Assembly (NCBI RefSeq): GCF_036321535.1
Contig: NC_087437.1
Coordinates: 86,552,001 to 86,616,000, forward strand
Length of the DNA stretch: 64,000 nt
From: Camelus dromedarius
Lineage: Eukaryota
Direction of reading: 5' to 3'
Position 1 is the stretch's first letter, and the number at the start of each line of letters is the position of its first letter. A program made the translations under genes and the position numbers. The notes under the pieces are model-generated. The model saw only the letters and a list, made by a program, of their open reading frames with translations. It had not been told where the DNA came from and did no database searches. Positions 48,891 through 62,275 of the stretch are shown here, in pieces.

Positions 48891-51141
48891 AATAAATATT
48901 ATATTGTCTAACATTCTGCTTTTTAGAAAAAGTGCTTAATAAATCATTCTACACATGTGCATTTTCAAGTTTGGTGGGTTTAAATAAGTATTATTTGATT
49001 GTGATTTGTTGCTTAACATCTCCATAGTAGAAGGACAAATTCTCATGAGCAGCAGTATTTCATAATATCTAAGGGAAATACATTTTCCTTTTTAGTCACA
49101 GGTTTGTGCATTAAGCCAATAATGAAACAGAAAATCACTTACATTGCTGATTCATGCCTTATTCACTTAAAATTTTTATTAATGGGGTGAAATTCTATAT
49201 GTAAGTGTGAGCAATATGCAAGTAGTGCATATAATTATGCACTTATAAAAAACTAATAAGTAGTCATAAATGATACTTTTCCTACATAATTTATGTAAGA
49301 AAAAGAACTTATTTAAAAGGCACACTGAACCAGGAAAAAATATACCATATAGCCTACAACAGCAAGTGACTAAAATCACTGTGATCAGGTTTAAATTATC
49401 TTCATTTTATTTTCTATTAATATAAAAATAAGGGCAATAATAAACAATTCTGTTCCTCTAGAGATTGTAAATTGGAATGAGGAGAAAAAATAGAATAATC
49501 ATTTTGATCATTTAAGAAAATAGCAAGCAGCCATCACAATATAAATAATAAATTTTGAATTGAAAATAAGTGTGTGATGAATTGAGATGACATGATGACA
49601 TTAATACTTCAGGATATCTCAGAGCCTTTCATGAATATGATCCATGTAATAAAAGCTGATTCATTCTCACTGTTGGCAAACTTGAGAAATGTGTCAGGAT
49701 CTTAAATTGAGAATAAAGGAAATGACCCAAATACTTCAGGAATAAAAACCTTCTCAAGAGAAAAAAGAAAAATTCTTGTTTCTGAATTATTTAGTTTGGC
49801 TTTCAGCATTGGTCAAATTTCCTGAATAGCTTTTCAACCCCTGTTATGTTTATATTAATACATGTATCAACATATAGGATTGGCCAAGAGGAAATACTGG
49901 GGGTAGAACAGAGGTAGAAAGATGGGGAGAAGCAATGCTATTCTTTCCCCCCTTTCCTATCTTTCATAGGCTTTTCTGCAATATCTACTATCTTATGGCT
50001 CTCTTTGGACCAATTCAGCTGCACCCTTGAAAGTTGCACTACCTGCCAGATGGTTCAGGGGATGAGCAATCACCAATGAGAACTTAAAATTTTTTTAAAT
50101 TCACTAGAATCAGATGAAAAAGTGATCTCTCCTCTTGCCCAAATATGCATGTTCCACTATTCATTGAACTAGCAATATTCTATCTACATTTGACTTTCCT
50201 GTCACAAATTTCAAGATATAAAACCAGTTTACTGCTGAATTCTTACAAGATAGGGGATATTCTATTTCAGTAGGTAAGGAATACATCTTTTTATCTCTTT
50301 CTAAATTGAGGTGAAGGAAACAAACACCCTATCTACACTATCACAGCAGTACATCCTTGAATTTTAAACATGGCAGTACAAAAAGCAGTAATTATTATCA
50401 CTCATGAAGAGTTAATGTACATCAGGTGGCCTTTAAATTATATGAACCCTACAAAGGAAGAAGAAAGATACCATCATCAAATTCTCTGGGAGCTTCCATT
50501 AACCATAGCTCCATGAAATAAGGAGATCCAATAAGTATTGAAAAAGGTTAATTTTTGATAGGATTAATTATAACAATATGAGAATTTCAGAAAAAAGTCA
50601 TTAGATAATTTATAGCTTTTGTCACATACACAGTAAATTGCATATAAATCAGTATAATTACATTTAAACAAAATTTAATTGTAATATCTACTGTCATCTT
50701 AAAGAAGAGCATTTCTTATTTAATCACTAAGATTCCAAAAGCTCTTTAATGTTGTCTTTTAAATATATACAAATGATGCTCAATCCCACTAGGCCATTTT
50801 GTCATGTGACAATTTTTCTGTGAAATTAAGGGCCATTTCAACAGTGCACATTTTCATAATCCCTTTAGGCATTTCCTCTCCTGTGTTTGTGGGAGATGGG
50901 GTGGTCCATTCAAACACCCTTCTATCTCAGGATGACACTTTTCAAAAGATTTAAATTGTACCTCAGATCTGTTGACCAAAAATCTTTTCTATTGATCCTT
51001 AACCTGAAACATAGAGATACTAGTAATTATCAAAGATGATCACCTCAAATTCACTGGCACTAAATACTTACCAATAGATCAACAGAACGAAGTATTATTC
51101 ATGATGGGTTTCCTGATTTGTGCGTCTTATCTCTCGACATG

Positions 51142-51463
51142 CACTGCCCTTTACAGTATCCACTAGCCACATGTGGCTATTGAGCCCTTAAAATGTGGCT
51201 AGTCCAATTTGAAATGGACTGTAGATATTACATACACACCAGATTTCAAACACTTAGTAACAACCAAAAACTATACAATAGTTCATCAATAATTTTTATA
51301 TTGATTACATGAAATGATAGTATTTTGGATATATTAGGTTAAATAAACATATTAAAATTACTTTCACCTAACTTTTAAAAACGTAGCTCCTATAAAATTA
51401 AGAATTACCTGTGTCATTCACATTTATGGCTCACATTATATTTCTGTTGGATATCAGTATTCT
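51142..51463. mobile_element. MER33 (hAT-Charlie MITE)
   Basis: ccactagccacatgtggctattgagc, cacaccagatttcaaacacttagta, tattgattacatg and tatggctcacattatatttctgttgga. Confidence 0.85.
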
Positions 51464-52938
51464 AGAACAGGTTTCTTCAAGTCTCAGACACCTTCTAAAA
51501 TCATATAACAATATACATACACAGTTCACATTCCTGTTAATCCTACCCATGGTTTATAGGTTAAGAATTCCTGCTCCAGATAACTTACAGTCTACTTTTG
51601 AATTAAATAAATATCAAATAATCATACTTGCATTTTGCTCTCCTAACTCATCACCTGATATTTGTTTCTGAACTGCATTCAGATTGTAGTAGGCATTGGT
51701 TTTGGAATTATGTAAGAATTGTTCCAAGTTCTTGATTGTATTTACCAAGAGTGTTGTTAGGATGTTATTCATTGATTCATGAGGTTCCAGAGATATCCCC
51801 CATTTTATATTACAGATGCATCCCTGAGAAGTTAGAGCAAATAATCTTACAACTTTAAGTATGTTCTCACTCGACAAACTAATATTTAAAAGTAACCTCT
51901 GATAAATCCTTTAGTAAATTAAATGAGAAAATTAATAACTTTTTTGCTCACTATTTGATGAAGACTCTCATTTAACCTCCAGAAAAAAATTAGGCTAATT
52001 CCCAAATATCTGAAAAACAACATGCCATTTGAAAAAAGTAAACTTTGATTCATGCCTCATCTAAATTCCTTTCTGATAACTAATAGCTTCCACAACTCTG
52101 TTGAAGCAAGTACTGAAAAAAAGTCCTCACGTTTAATTGGTTTCCATTTCTTCATCCATAGAAGTAGCAGCTTGTATTCAGTGATCTTTGAAGTTCCTCT
52201 TATCTCTAATTTTCTTTGACATTTTCTTCTGAATCCAGATGTTTAGTATATTGAATATCCTTAAAGCAGAATACATAATTACTGGTGTTGTTTGTGATTC
52301 AAGACTAAACTATACACCTATATATTTCTCTGCTGCATTGCAATAATTATGTAATCCTCTTTGTATTTAAGGAGTATTTGGTTTTAAATTTTATTTATTT
52401 TGAACACTGACACTTGCAAAATACCTGTAGAGTTAGCAGACTACTCAAGGTTTTAAAGTAAGGAATCTGAAGCAATTGGTGATAAAAACCTTTCTATTTT
52501 TTCCCACATCTAGTTTTTGTTATCTATTATCTCTTTTTTTCTCCTCCCATTTATCAATTCTGAATATCACCAAGGAATTTATTTAAAACTTTTGAGATAC
52601 AGAACCATCTAACCTCTACTCTAGAGTATTTACTGCTTCTAAAGGAAGAGTGATTAAAATCCTTTTAATAGTAGAGTGATCGTTATAAAACATTGTACTT
52701 GAAAGCTTTTAAAACATCCTCTACTAGAAAAAAATACAGCCAGCACTGAGTTGTCCACAATAGAATGAAGGGAACACACCAATAGGTACACGTGCAATAG
52801 GTATCTTTTACTTGTCTCAAATCATGAAGCCTCATTTGTCTAAACTTCTGGAATTGCTGGAGTGGTGGTACTGGTGGTGGCCAATGATGGTGGTAGTGAG
52901 AGCAATTCCTCTAGTTTCACAAATACCTCAAAGTTTAC

Positions 52939-53032
52939 CTGGCTGTGGTGAGACTGTCCCTGAATGCCTTGGGGACTGTGGGTTTCACCATAATTCGCAT
53001 TCAGGGTGCAGGGACAGTGACTGCTTTTTATA
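52939..53032 (-). promoter_or_regulatory. Candidate TATA promoter and first exon
   Basis: TATAAAAA at 53032-53025, predicting a TSS at about 53007-53001. ATG at 52991 has A at -3 and G at +4. The frame MVKPTVPKAFRDSLTTA ends at the donor CAG|gtaaac (52939/52938). A GATA-like cgataa motif lies at about 53068. Confidence 0.4.
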
Positions 53033-54559
53033 GGGAGCTGTGCCTGTGAGGACTTCTTAGAGCCAGCGATAAAACATGAGTACATTCTTCTACATTTGAC
53101 TTTTGAAAAGATAAATTATTCTGTAAGTCTGGCAGCTGTTTAATTTATTTTCAGATATTTTGTTTGTTAATTGGGGAAAGTGAATTTAGCATAAACTGGT
53201 TTTTAAGAGTATTTGAGAATTTATGGTTGTGGGTGAAAATGGTCCGATAATTAATGCTAAGGGGAAAAGAGAAGATTTTGCCAGTTTAGAATCAAGGAAG
53301 CATTGGCCACAAGTTGTGGTGTGCCACAAGGAGCCATCACTGAACTATCTCTGTTTACCTGTCCTTTACCAAGACGTCCCATTTTAAATGTGTCATAGCA
53401 TCAAAACACTTCAACCTGTCCTCTAACCTGAAAGGAACTTCCAGTTCCTGATAAGAGTCAGACAAAGTGTGTGATATTTCTACACAGACAACAAATCAGT
53501 AAAATTGCATTGCCCTAGTGATTAAAGCAACATTTCCATGCTTTCAGACTTGAACAGAGAATACAGAAATACCAGTCTGTGGTTTCACTTGGCATTGCAG
53601 TGCATTGAAAGTGACATCACTTGCATGTTTGAGAAACCAAGTCAGGCTGCTTTTACTGATACTAATTGGCAAAAGATATGGTGAATGGCCTGGGGATTCA
53701 ATATAGTTTTGCATCAATTATTGCATAAATCATACAGCTGTTACATATTGTTTTTCTGCCAGGGAAGACAGTAAAAATTAACTGAGCAAAGAAAAAAAAA
53801 AAAAGAAAGAAAACTGTTGTTTAACAGTGCATTCCCATGATGACTTCTGAAATGTATTTGTTTGAAACCACAGCAACATGATTTTCTTCTTACAAATACC
53901 AGGATAGTGATCTAAAAGCAGTTTCAAAATGTGGTTCCCTGATCTCTCTTTCCTCCCAACTCATATCTTTCTTAGATACAACCTTCTGGTTTGGGGAGGC
54001 GGAACACTGGAATATGTCAACCTTAAAGAACAATTCTTGTTGTAACTAATAGGTTGAATTGAGGCAGGATGGAATTATTCCCTCCTGAGCCTGCCCATCC
54101 TGAAACAAGTCCCTGTGATTGAAGTGGTTAGAAGTGCAGTCAGTATATGAAAATGGTGAACAGTCTATATATTATACCTTTAAGGAATGCTCAGGTATTC
54201 TTTCTTCCAATGAATTCCATCCCAATTCTAAGATTTCAGAATTTATATGGGGATAGTCCTGTTCCCATTTGAGAGAGTTAGCAATATAATGAATTCTGTA
54301 GATTTTATTGGCATTGATTTATAGCTGTCCATATCATACAAAAAAAATCATGCTTTAAAAATATATCCGATTTACAATCAAATTAATGATTGTCAACAGC
54401 AACAATTGAATGTTAAAATATTTACCAATAATGGGGAACCTACGATGTCACCGTGGAGGTGGTTTCATCTTCACCGACGTCAAAGATTTTTGTGTACTAC
54501 TTTACTTGTAAGAAAGGCTTTGCAGGTAAATATAAGGAATATCAAGTTGGATTTTTAAG

Positions 54560-54723
54560 AAGTTTCTTATTTTTTATTGTAGTATTACATAATTATTTTA
54601 TTTTGGTGGGGGGCTGTGGTAATTGAGTTTGTTTATTTTTGGTGGAGGTACTGGGGATTGAACCTAGGACATCCTGCATGCTAAGCATATATATGCTCTA
54701 CTACTTGAGCTATACCCTCCCCC
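54560..54723 (-). mobile_element. tRNA-derived SINE, camelid Vic-1-like (full head and tail)
   Basis: The reverse complement reads ggggagggtatagctcaagtagtagagc...ggttcaatccccagtacctccaccaaaaataaacaaactcaattacc. Imperfect TSD atcaagttggatttttaag (54541-54559) versus atcaattggattttaag (54726-54742). Confidence 0.92.
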
Positions 54724-55654
54724 TCATCAATTGGATTTTAAGTATCTACTTCACTGCATTAGGTTTTCAATGTAAGTATGTATTGTAAATATACATTTGC
54801 TTGCATGGAATATTTTAACGTATGGTCCAGATACTCTATTATAGAATTTTCTATAAAAAGCAATTTATAATGTTGGATATGCATGTAAATAATGGAGACA
54901 TGATAGTACAACTATGCAATATACCAAAATATGTGCTAAAATGTTTTAATTAAGGGAAAAAGGAGACACACGTGTATGAAAAATAAAGTATTTGTTCTTA
55001 ATCTAAAGCCAATTACCTAGACCACAATAGAAAAACATGTTTCACATTTAAAACATAATTGATACAGCTTTTATAATATTTTCATTATCTTTTAAACTAG
55101 GAAGGGTCCTTGAACTTATGATGTGGTCATCAAAATCAGAGTAACACAATCAAAATTGAATTTTGGAAGTCTAAAAGAACAAAAAGATTCATACTTATCA
55201 ATTAATAATCAAACTCTTAAAATTATATTTATAAACAAAAGATTATGTTAGACTTCCAGAAATACGATTAGTTTTCCAATAAAATCTTTAAAAAGCTTTA
55301 GTAAAGCAATTACTAAAATTAGCATGAAAGTTTGATCAAAAATCATAATTTAATTTTTGTGAGAGAATCATTTGATACATTTCACAAACATAATTATGTG
55401 TGGACACTGCATGTTTTATTATGAAAATAGTGATTTCCCCTTTCATATCCTAACATTATCTCTACCATCCACCTCTGTCAGTTTACTTTGTGTTCCCACC
55501 TTGTGCTACATTCCTGTTTTCTTGTCTTACTCATTTCATTTCCAGAGGCTAAACTTACATTGATATGCTGGTTGGAAGAAATTTGCAGACTCTGCCTTAT
55601 GACAATATTGTATTATACTATTGTTGAAAATAAAATAGATTTGCCTTATTCATC

Positions 55655-55860
55655 TAAAGCTCCTCTGTCCATTTTGGTAACCTTTAGTCACATGTAGCTA
55701 TTTAAATTTAAATTACTTAAAGTCCAATAAAGAATTTGGTTTCCTTAGTCATACTAGCTACATTTGAAAGGCTCAACAGCCACATGTGGTTAGTGGCTAA
55801 CATATTGGACAATGTGGAACATTTCCATCTTGCAAAGATTTCTGTTGGAGAGCACGGGTA
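55655..55860. mobile_element. MER3 (hAT-Charlie MITE)
   Basis: ctgtccattttggtaacctttagtcacatgtagctatttaaattt, ctcaacagccacatgtggttagtggcta and gaacatttccatcttgcaaagatttctgttggagagcac. Confidence 0.85.
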
Positions 55861-56334
55861 AAGTGGATCTATTGGCAAGCTCTTCTGGACATGCCTAATA
55901 GAATTTTATAGTATTTTTATATATACAGAAAAGAATAGTGACTCTACTCCTCCATAGAAACTCTTTAATAACAAACCCAGAAGGCCCAAACATGAAAGAT
56001 ACAGCAATAAACTGGAATAACATTATACTTGGAGACTAGTAGATTTCTCTTTTACCTTTATCTTCTTGATTTTCCAATATCTTCTCTTCTTCCTCCACCA
56101 CTGTTTAATAACCCACGTTTGTGATATTTGACCATTTGCTTTTTTGAGAACTTTTAAACAAATAGAATGATTAAAATAAAAATCTCCACTAGGGATTCTC
56201 TGAATTCATTTCTGACTCACCATTTAGGCTACATCTCCCTGCAGAACACTGACTTCCCAAGAGAGAACAAAGTTTACACAAGATCAGATGCTTGGAATTC
56301 TGATGGCACATGTACAGTATATGCTGACTTTTTA

Positions 56335-56470
56335 TTCTTTAATACATCAAGTTTATTGTCATATCAATTTATTATTTACCACTGTATTTCAAAAATTGTT
56401 CTGGGCATGGAGGAAACTAGATCAAAAAAGAAAAATTCCTGTCTTCATAGAACTTACATTGTACTGTGTG
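56335..56470 (-). mobile_element. L2 3' end fragment
   Basis: aatttattatttaccactgtatttcaaaaattgttctgggcatggagg and cctgtcttcatagaacttacattgta. Confidence 0.55.
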
Positions 56471-56904
56471 GGTGTATTTGTGTTGTAGGGTAGGGTGGAG
56501 TGGAGTGAGCATCTCTTCTGAGATGAGATTCTCTTCTGACCTACAACATTAAATGGTATAGTAAGTTCTGATGGAAGTTTATATTACTCCTGCACTTTAC
56601 ATAAAAAGGTAATAAATCATTAAAATGGTAAAAAAAATAAGCATCTAGGTTCATGATAAACATTTTAAAAATAAAAATGTACATTTATTTTCTAAGAAAT
56701 GTACATACAAAAATACATTTAAATTCAAGGCCAATAAGGCATGGAAAAGAAAGCATATATACATTTATTTATATATATGTATTTATACATCTGTATACTT
56801 TAACATATCTTTTCCCAAGGATACAGAGTTGTTCAGTGTATTTTGTTTAATCATATTTCACAGTTCTGAAATTATATTATAAAGCTTACCACAAAAACAT
56901 TCTA

Positions 56905-56985
56905 ATAAGTCTTATTCATCCATTCATTCAACACATTTATTGGGTATCTTCTACATACCATGTGTTATTATAGATAAATACTGAG
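56905..56985 (-). mobile_element. L2 extreme 3' end
   Basis: attcatccattcattcaacacatttattgggtatcttctacatacca. Confidence 0.65.
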
Positions 56986-57489
56986 AATTAGTTTTCTCAT
57001 TTTATGTTCAATGATAACATCTACAAAGATCTAATATTATTTTAAATTAAGTGATTTAAATAGGACATTAGAAGAAAAAAAGTCTCTGTTTTGGTTTGCT
57101 TCTTTACATTTTTGTTTTTGAAATAACAATATATCAAAGTTATCTTTCTTTTGATGAACTATCAAAATAAGTCCAGGTTTTAGCTTTCCATTATCATGCA
57201 TACTTACAAGTTCTTGGAACCCTTACAACAACTGAGACTTACTGTAATAATTGCCATCTCTGTCATTACTAGATTTTCTTGCTACATTCCATTTGGATCA
57301 CAAAACACATTTCTCCTGGCCCCTTCCCCATTCTCCCTCCTCTGATAATTTACCATCATTTTTTTAGGCTCTAATTACTTGTTGAATTACAACAGGATTA
57401 TCTTCCTCATACACCGTTTCAATGCATAATTTCCCAGTTTAAAAAACTACTTCTTTCTACTTGGTGTTTAATAATAAAATTATCATAAA

Positions 57490-58500
57490 AATTTTTTTCT
57501 TTAGCTTTTAACATGGTCAGTTTCATTGATTGATTTTTAAAATTGAATTAATTTTGCTCTCTTGTGATAAACTTTACTTGATTTAGGAGTATTGTTTTTC
57601 TTATGAATTGTTGGATTTGCTTTGCTGGTGTTTTCCTAAGGATTTTTGCCTTTATGTTCCTAATTGGTATTGTTGTTAACTGATTTTTAAAAAATGTTTG
57701 CTAGGTTTTTTTTTTTTTTTTTTTGCTTCATAAAACAAGTTGAGAAGTATTATTACCTCTTAGATTTTCAAAAAGAGTTTATGTTGGTAGTTGGTGTAAG
57801 ATTAGTATTATTTCTTCCTTAAATGTTTGGTAGAATACATTTAGTGAAGCCATCTGGTGCTAAAAGTTTATTTTAACAAAGATTTTAATTATGTATGATA
57901 AGTTGCTTTCTCAAGGAATTTGTCCATTTCATCTACATTGTTGAATTATTAGCATAAAAATTTTCATAATATTCCCTTATCTTTTAATATCTTTAAGATT
58001 TGTAATGATGTCACTTCTGTTATTTTTGATAGGGACAATTTATGTTATATTTCTTTTTTGATTAATCTATCTAGAGGTTTATCAATTTAGTTAATATCTT
58101 CAAAGAACCAATATTTGATTTGTTGATTTTCTCTCATTTGTTTTCAATTTCTTTGCTTTTCTCTATTAGCTTTGTTTTATTACCTTTCTTCTATTCATTT
58201 TGAATTTAATTTGCTCTTTTTTTTTTTAATTAACCTTTTAAGGTAGAAGCTTAGGTAGTTGATTTTTAAATGTTTTCTTACAAATATAGAATTTTAAGTT
58301 ATAATTTTTCCTGCTTTAGTGGCCTTCCATGGTTTTTGATATGTTGTGTCTATATTATCATTCAGTTCAAAATCTTTTCTAATTTCCCTTGTGATTTCTT
58401 TTTTGTCCCTTGGATTATTTAGGATTATGTTGCTTGTTTCCAAATATTTGAAGATTTTATTATTGTTATTAAATTCCAATTTAATTATATGTTTCTTTAT
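57490..58500 (-). mobile_element. Old L1 ORF2 remnant (endonuclease-RT linker to RT)
   Basis: The ORF-track peptide IILNNPRDKKEITREIRKDFELNDNIDTTYQKPWKATKA aligns to ORF2p LLNNxWVKEEIKREIKKxLExNENENTTYQNLWDxAKA. Flanking antisense L1 text includes gtgaagccatctggtgc and tcaaagaaccaa. Confidence 0.9.
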
Positions 58501-58859
58501 AAATTTAGTAAATTTTAAATATATCTTAGACTTTGTAAATGGTGGAATGAAGAGTTTTTTCTGTATTTTACTCTTGGTTTGAAATCCTTCCAGGCAATTA
58601 GTGGCTAAATCTTGGTGGAGGCAGCAGGCCAGGAATACATCCTCCCATTCATTACAGACCCACCACTTGCTAATTCTTTTCCTCAGGTTTATCTAAGTCA
58701 TTTATGTCCTCAGCTTTGTTCCTGTAAGCTTTTATATTCTGACACCTCTCACTGAGCACTTCACATGTAGTCATTCTAAAGGCTTTCATAATTCCAGAGT
58801 CAATATATTGAGTTCTTGACTTTGATGTACAGTTCCTGATAATAAGCAATAAAGAATGT

Positions 58860-58930
58860 TTCTCTCTCTCATGTATGTGTGTGTGTATGTGTGTGTATAT
58901 ATATATCTCAATATATCTGTATATCTATAT
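58860..58930. repeat. Compound (TC)/(TG)/(TA) microsatellite
   Basis: Directly visible in the sequence. Confidence 0.85.
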
Positions 58931-59567
58931 GGCTATCCAGTCTTACAATTTATTTAATATTCCCTTAAGTCATAGTCCATCATTTATTCTCCATAGACAG
59001 ATCAGGCACAAATTCCTCCTAAAATTAGCAGTAAGAATTTTTCCCCTTAATATTTCTGTGTATTCTAAACAGAATTTTTATTGCCCTGAAACCAAATATA
59101 ATTTCCCATCCATCAAAGAATCAATCAAGAATCTTGCTGAAATTGGTTAAAAGTGTAGCTTGCTTCATGTGCACCGCTAAATAGTAGCCAGTCCTAAAGT
59201 ACTTCTTTCACTTTCCTGCTGAATCCAGGATCTCCCACAAGAACTTCATGAGCAAAGGATTGGAGGAATTACTATGATTAATGAAACCTCCCCAAAACTT
59301 TGGGAAATAATTTTCTTGAAAGCATAAGAGCTACACAAAGAAGTATCACATTTCTCTATCATTAAGTATCACAGAAATTTGTCCAACTAGGCCATTTTTT
59401 GATTGAATGAGAGATGCAGTTTTGTGTACTCTTGGCTCTACATTGCTTTCTTTTTAGCATTTGTCTCACTGCTTTAAATGATTATTATTATTTTTGTCAT
59501 CTTGTAGGTATCTTCAGTCATTCTCGTACCCTTGAAATCTTTTTTGGAACAAGATAGCTATATAAAT

Positions 59568-59730
59568 AAGTAAATTTGCTTAACCTCTCTTGGCTTCAGT
59601 CACCTTTCCTTTGTAATGGGGAGATTAATTTCTATTTCATAAGACTTCTATGAAGGTTAAATGAGAAAACATATGTAAAACATCTCACAAAAGCATTCAG
59701 GCCATAATAGCTATTTAATACATATCAACT
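59568..59730 (+). mobile_element. MIR fragment
   Basis: gcttaacctctcttggcttcagtcacctttcctttgtaatgggga and gaaggttaaatgagaaaacatatgtaaaac. Confidence 0.75.
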
Positions 59731-60599
59731 TTCTCCCCTGTCCTGTATGATTTTTTTTCCTTTGGTCATATGAGTCCTATTAACATATCAGTCCTCCATA
59801 GTGGTAGACTAAATGATGCCAGGAAAACTTCTGATACCTGAAGTCTATGATTTTAAACTAATTTCATTTATTTAATTATTTTTCCCTAAGCCCTTAAAAA
59901 TACTGGGACATTTTTCTTCCTAACAAGTTCTTTTACTTTACTCAGAAGTCCCTGAGGAAAAACCCTTAGGGAAGCTGATTTTTTTATAAATTTACAAATT
60001 CAATGTTTCATTCTTTTGCTGCCATTTTCCAACCTGTCAAACACATCTGTTTTGCTTTTGCCTCAGTGGGTTCTCTGCAGGAGCCTACTTCTTGACATGA
60101 TTATCCCAGCAATCTCATTTTTAGCTCCTACCCTGGCAGCTACCTCCTGAAATGCTTTAAGATATTTTACAGATTTTTCTGTTAGTGACCCTTAAGAGAC
60201 TACTTTTTTTTTGGTAGGAGGGTAAGAGTCCTGAATTAAATCATCTGCTCAAGTGTCTTTCTAATCTCTATGTTGAGTCTTGTTTTAAATGAATACTTTA
60301 TGTTCTGTGGCTCAGAAGGAAGGTGAACTTGCGTCTCCCTTCAGGAGAGTTTAGCTGATGGTATCCCTGAGCTCTGTTGCATTTTCAAATATGTTGGGGC
60401 CGTAGGGTGCCTTTAAGAAAGTGATGGGATGTCAGATTCCCTACAGGTCTGAGAATTCCACAAGAGACTGTATTCTTTCTCTGTTGAGAACTTTCCCCGA
60501 GAAACCCAGAATTTCTGACTCACAGTTGTTTTACCACCTGCAAGCTTCACCTTCTCCATCAATCCATTATTCTAGATGACATATGACATCTCTCACTTC

Positions 60600-61505
60600 A
60601 AAACAGCTTCATCACATTTTCTTTTGTACCTCTGTAATGTCACTCAGAGTGGCAATCATTCACTTTGATAATTCTACTGAATTATAAATTTCCTAGAGTC
60701 TGTGGCTTCCCCTTTGAACCATCCTTTCCCCAGCACCAGAATCAGCAAACCTCTCTTCTGTGTTCTTCATGTATATTGCACACACGTCTGTACTTTTTAT
60801 TTTTCTAAGTCACTTGGATCTGCTGCCTGTGTTTAGCTTCTGCCATAGTTAGAGTCTCATCATGACATAATTAGATGTGTGTAACTATTTCCCAGAGCTT
60901 TTCCCCTGCCTCTTATCTTTCTCCCTCTCCAATCCATCCTCTACACTGTCACCAACATACCTTTTAAAATCATATATATCTGATTACATTATTCCTCTCT
61001 TTAAAATCTTTGAGTAGGTCCCTGCTACTCATAGATAAATGATGTGCCATAAAGGGTTCTTTGCATTCTGGCTTTTACCTACCTTTTGAACTTTATCTTC
61101 TACCACTTCCAAAAAAGTCTCTGTAGTCTAGCCATTCTTCAAAAATGTAATATTTTATATTCTGTGGCTTTACATACTGTGCATCCTCTCTCTGGAATGC
61201 CCATGTTTGTAATCTCTGATTCTACCTTTAAGTTCTATTCAAATACTAAAACTCCCCCAAAATCCATCTACATCCACCCTCTTACCAAGTTCTTACTTCT
61301 ACTATGTTTCTGAAGCTTATTTTGCATTCTTTATGAACAGGTTATATAACAACTTGTATTGTATTTCTCTTAAAATTAGAGAAAAGTGCCTTGGGAGAAA
61401 AATCTTTAAGAAATATCATCTTTTTTTTTTTTGTCTTTTTTTTTTTTTTGTCCACAGTACATGATACAGTTTCTGCTACTTAGCAAATATTTGCTGAATC
61501 GACAG
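60600..61505 (+). mobile_element. L2 fragment
   Basis: ctccaatccatcctctacactgtcacc, ctgattacattattcctctctttaaaatcttt and cttagcaaatatttgctgaat. Confidence 0.75.
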
Positions 61506-62089
61506 TTAGAGGAAAGAGTTTAAAGGGAAACAAATAAAGAATATGTTAGTATGTGAAGTTACAGTATGTTTTAGAAACAGGTTAAAAACAGAGCGAAATA
61601 GGGGAAAAACAAGGATCAAAAATATAAGGAAAGTAGAAAAACAAGATCTGGAGGGACTGAGTGGGAACTTAGGGAGAATAAAAGAAGACAACAAAATAGG
61701 GTTTACAGTTTTGCATAGATATTTCTAACCAAGCCAATGGCCTTTAGAATTTAAGGCTTGCTCTCTCTCCCACTGGTGCCTGTTTTTAGAGAAAATGTGA
61801 TTTGTGTAACCAGATAGCTACATGCCTGGCTTTTTATGGCATGCTTAGATATTTAACATGAAATGTATTAAGGACTCGAAAGAGTTGTAGGTTTCCTTTA
61901 TTATTATTATATTTGAATTAGCCAAGGGTCAGATTCTTCAATCTGCTACTTAGGTGACCTTGCCCTGCACAAGACGGTAAAGCCTACAAAGATTGGGGAG
62001 TAAAACAGAGTTAACAATGGAAGTACTGCTTGCTTAAAAGGGAGTGGAGAAAAGAAGGGAAAAAAGAGAAATATAGTACATATTTGTGG

Positions 62090-62275
62090 TGGAAAAGGAG
62101 TACTGAACATAGAATCAGGAGGCCTGAATTGTGTCCCGAATTTGCCAGTCTCTAGTTACCAAAATGGACAAATCATTTAATCTCTTCTGTTATCATCAGT
62201 AAAAATAAGACATTGATACTAACTTACAAGGTGTCTATAATGATTAAACCACATTATGCATATAAAAGGAATCTG
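62090..62275 (+). mobile_element. MIR fragment
   Basis: gaaaaggagtactgaacatagaatcaggaggcctgaatt, ggacaaatcatttaatctcttctg and catcagtaaaaataaga. Confidence 0.7.

Noticed and set aside
52812-53085. Unspliced 73-aa (+) and 81-aa (-) ORFs
   Set aside because: They are driven by a (tgg/cca)-rich low-complexity stretch. The minus ORF runs through the TATA box and the donor, so it conflicts with the better-supported promoter model.
58294-58479. 61-aa ORF
   Set aside because: L1 ORF2 remnant.
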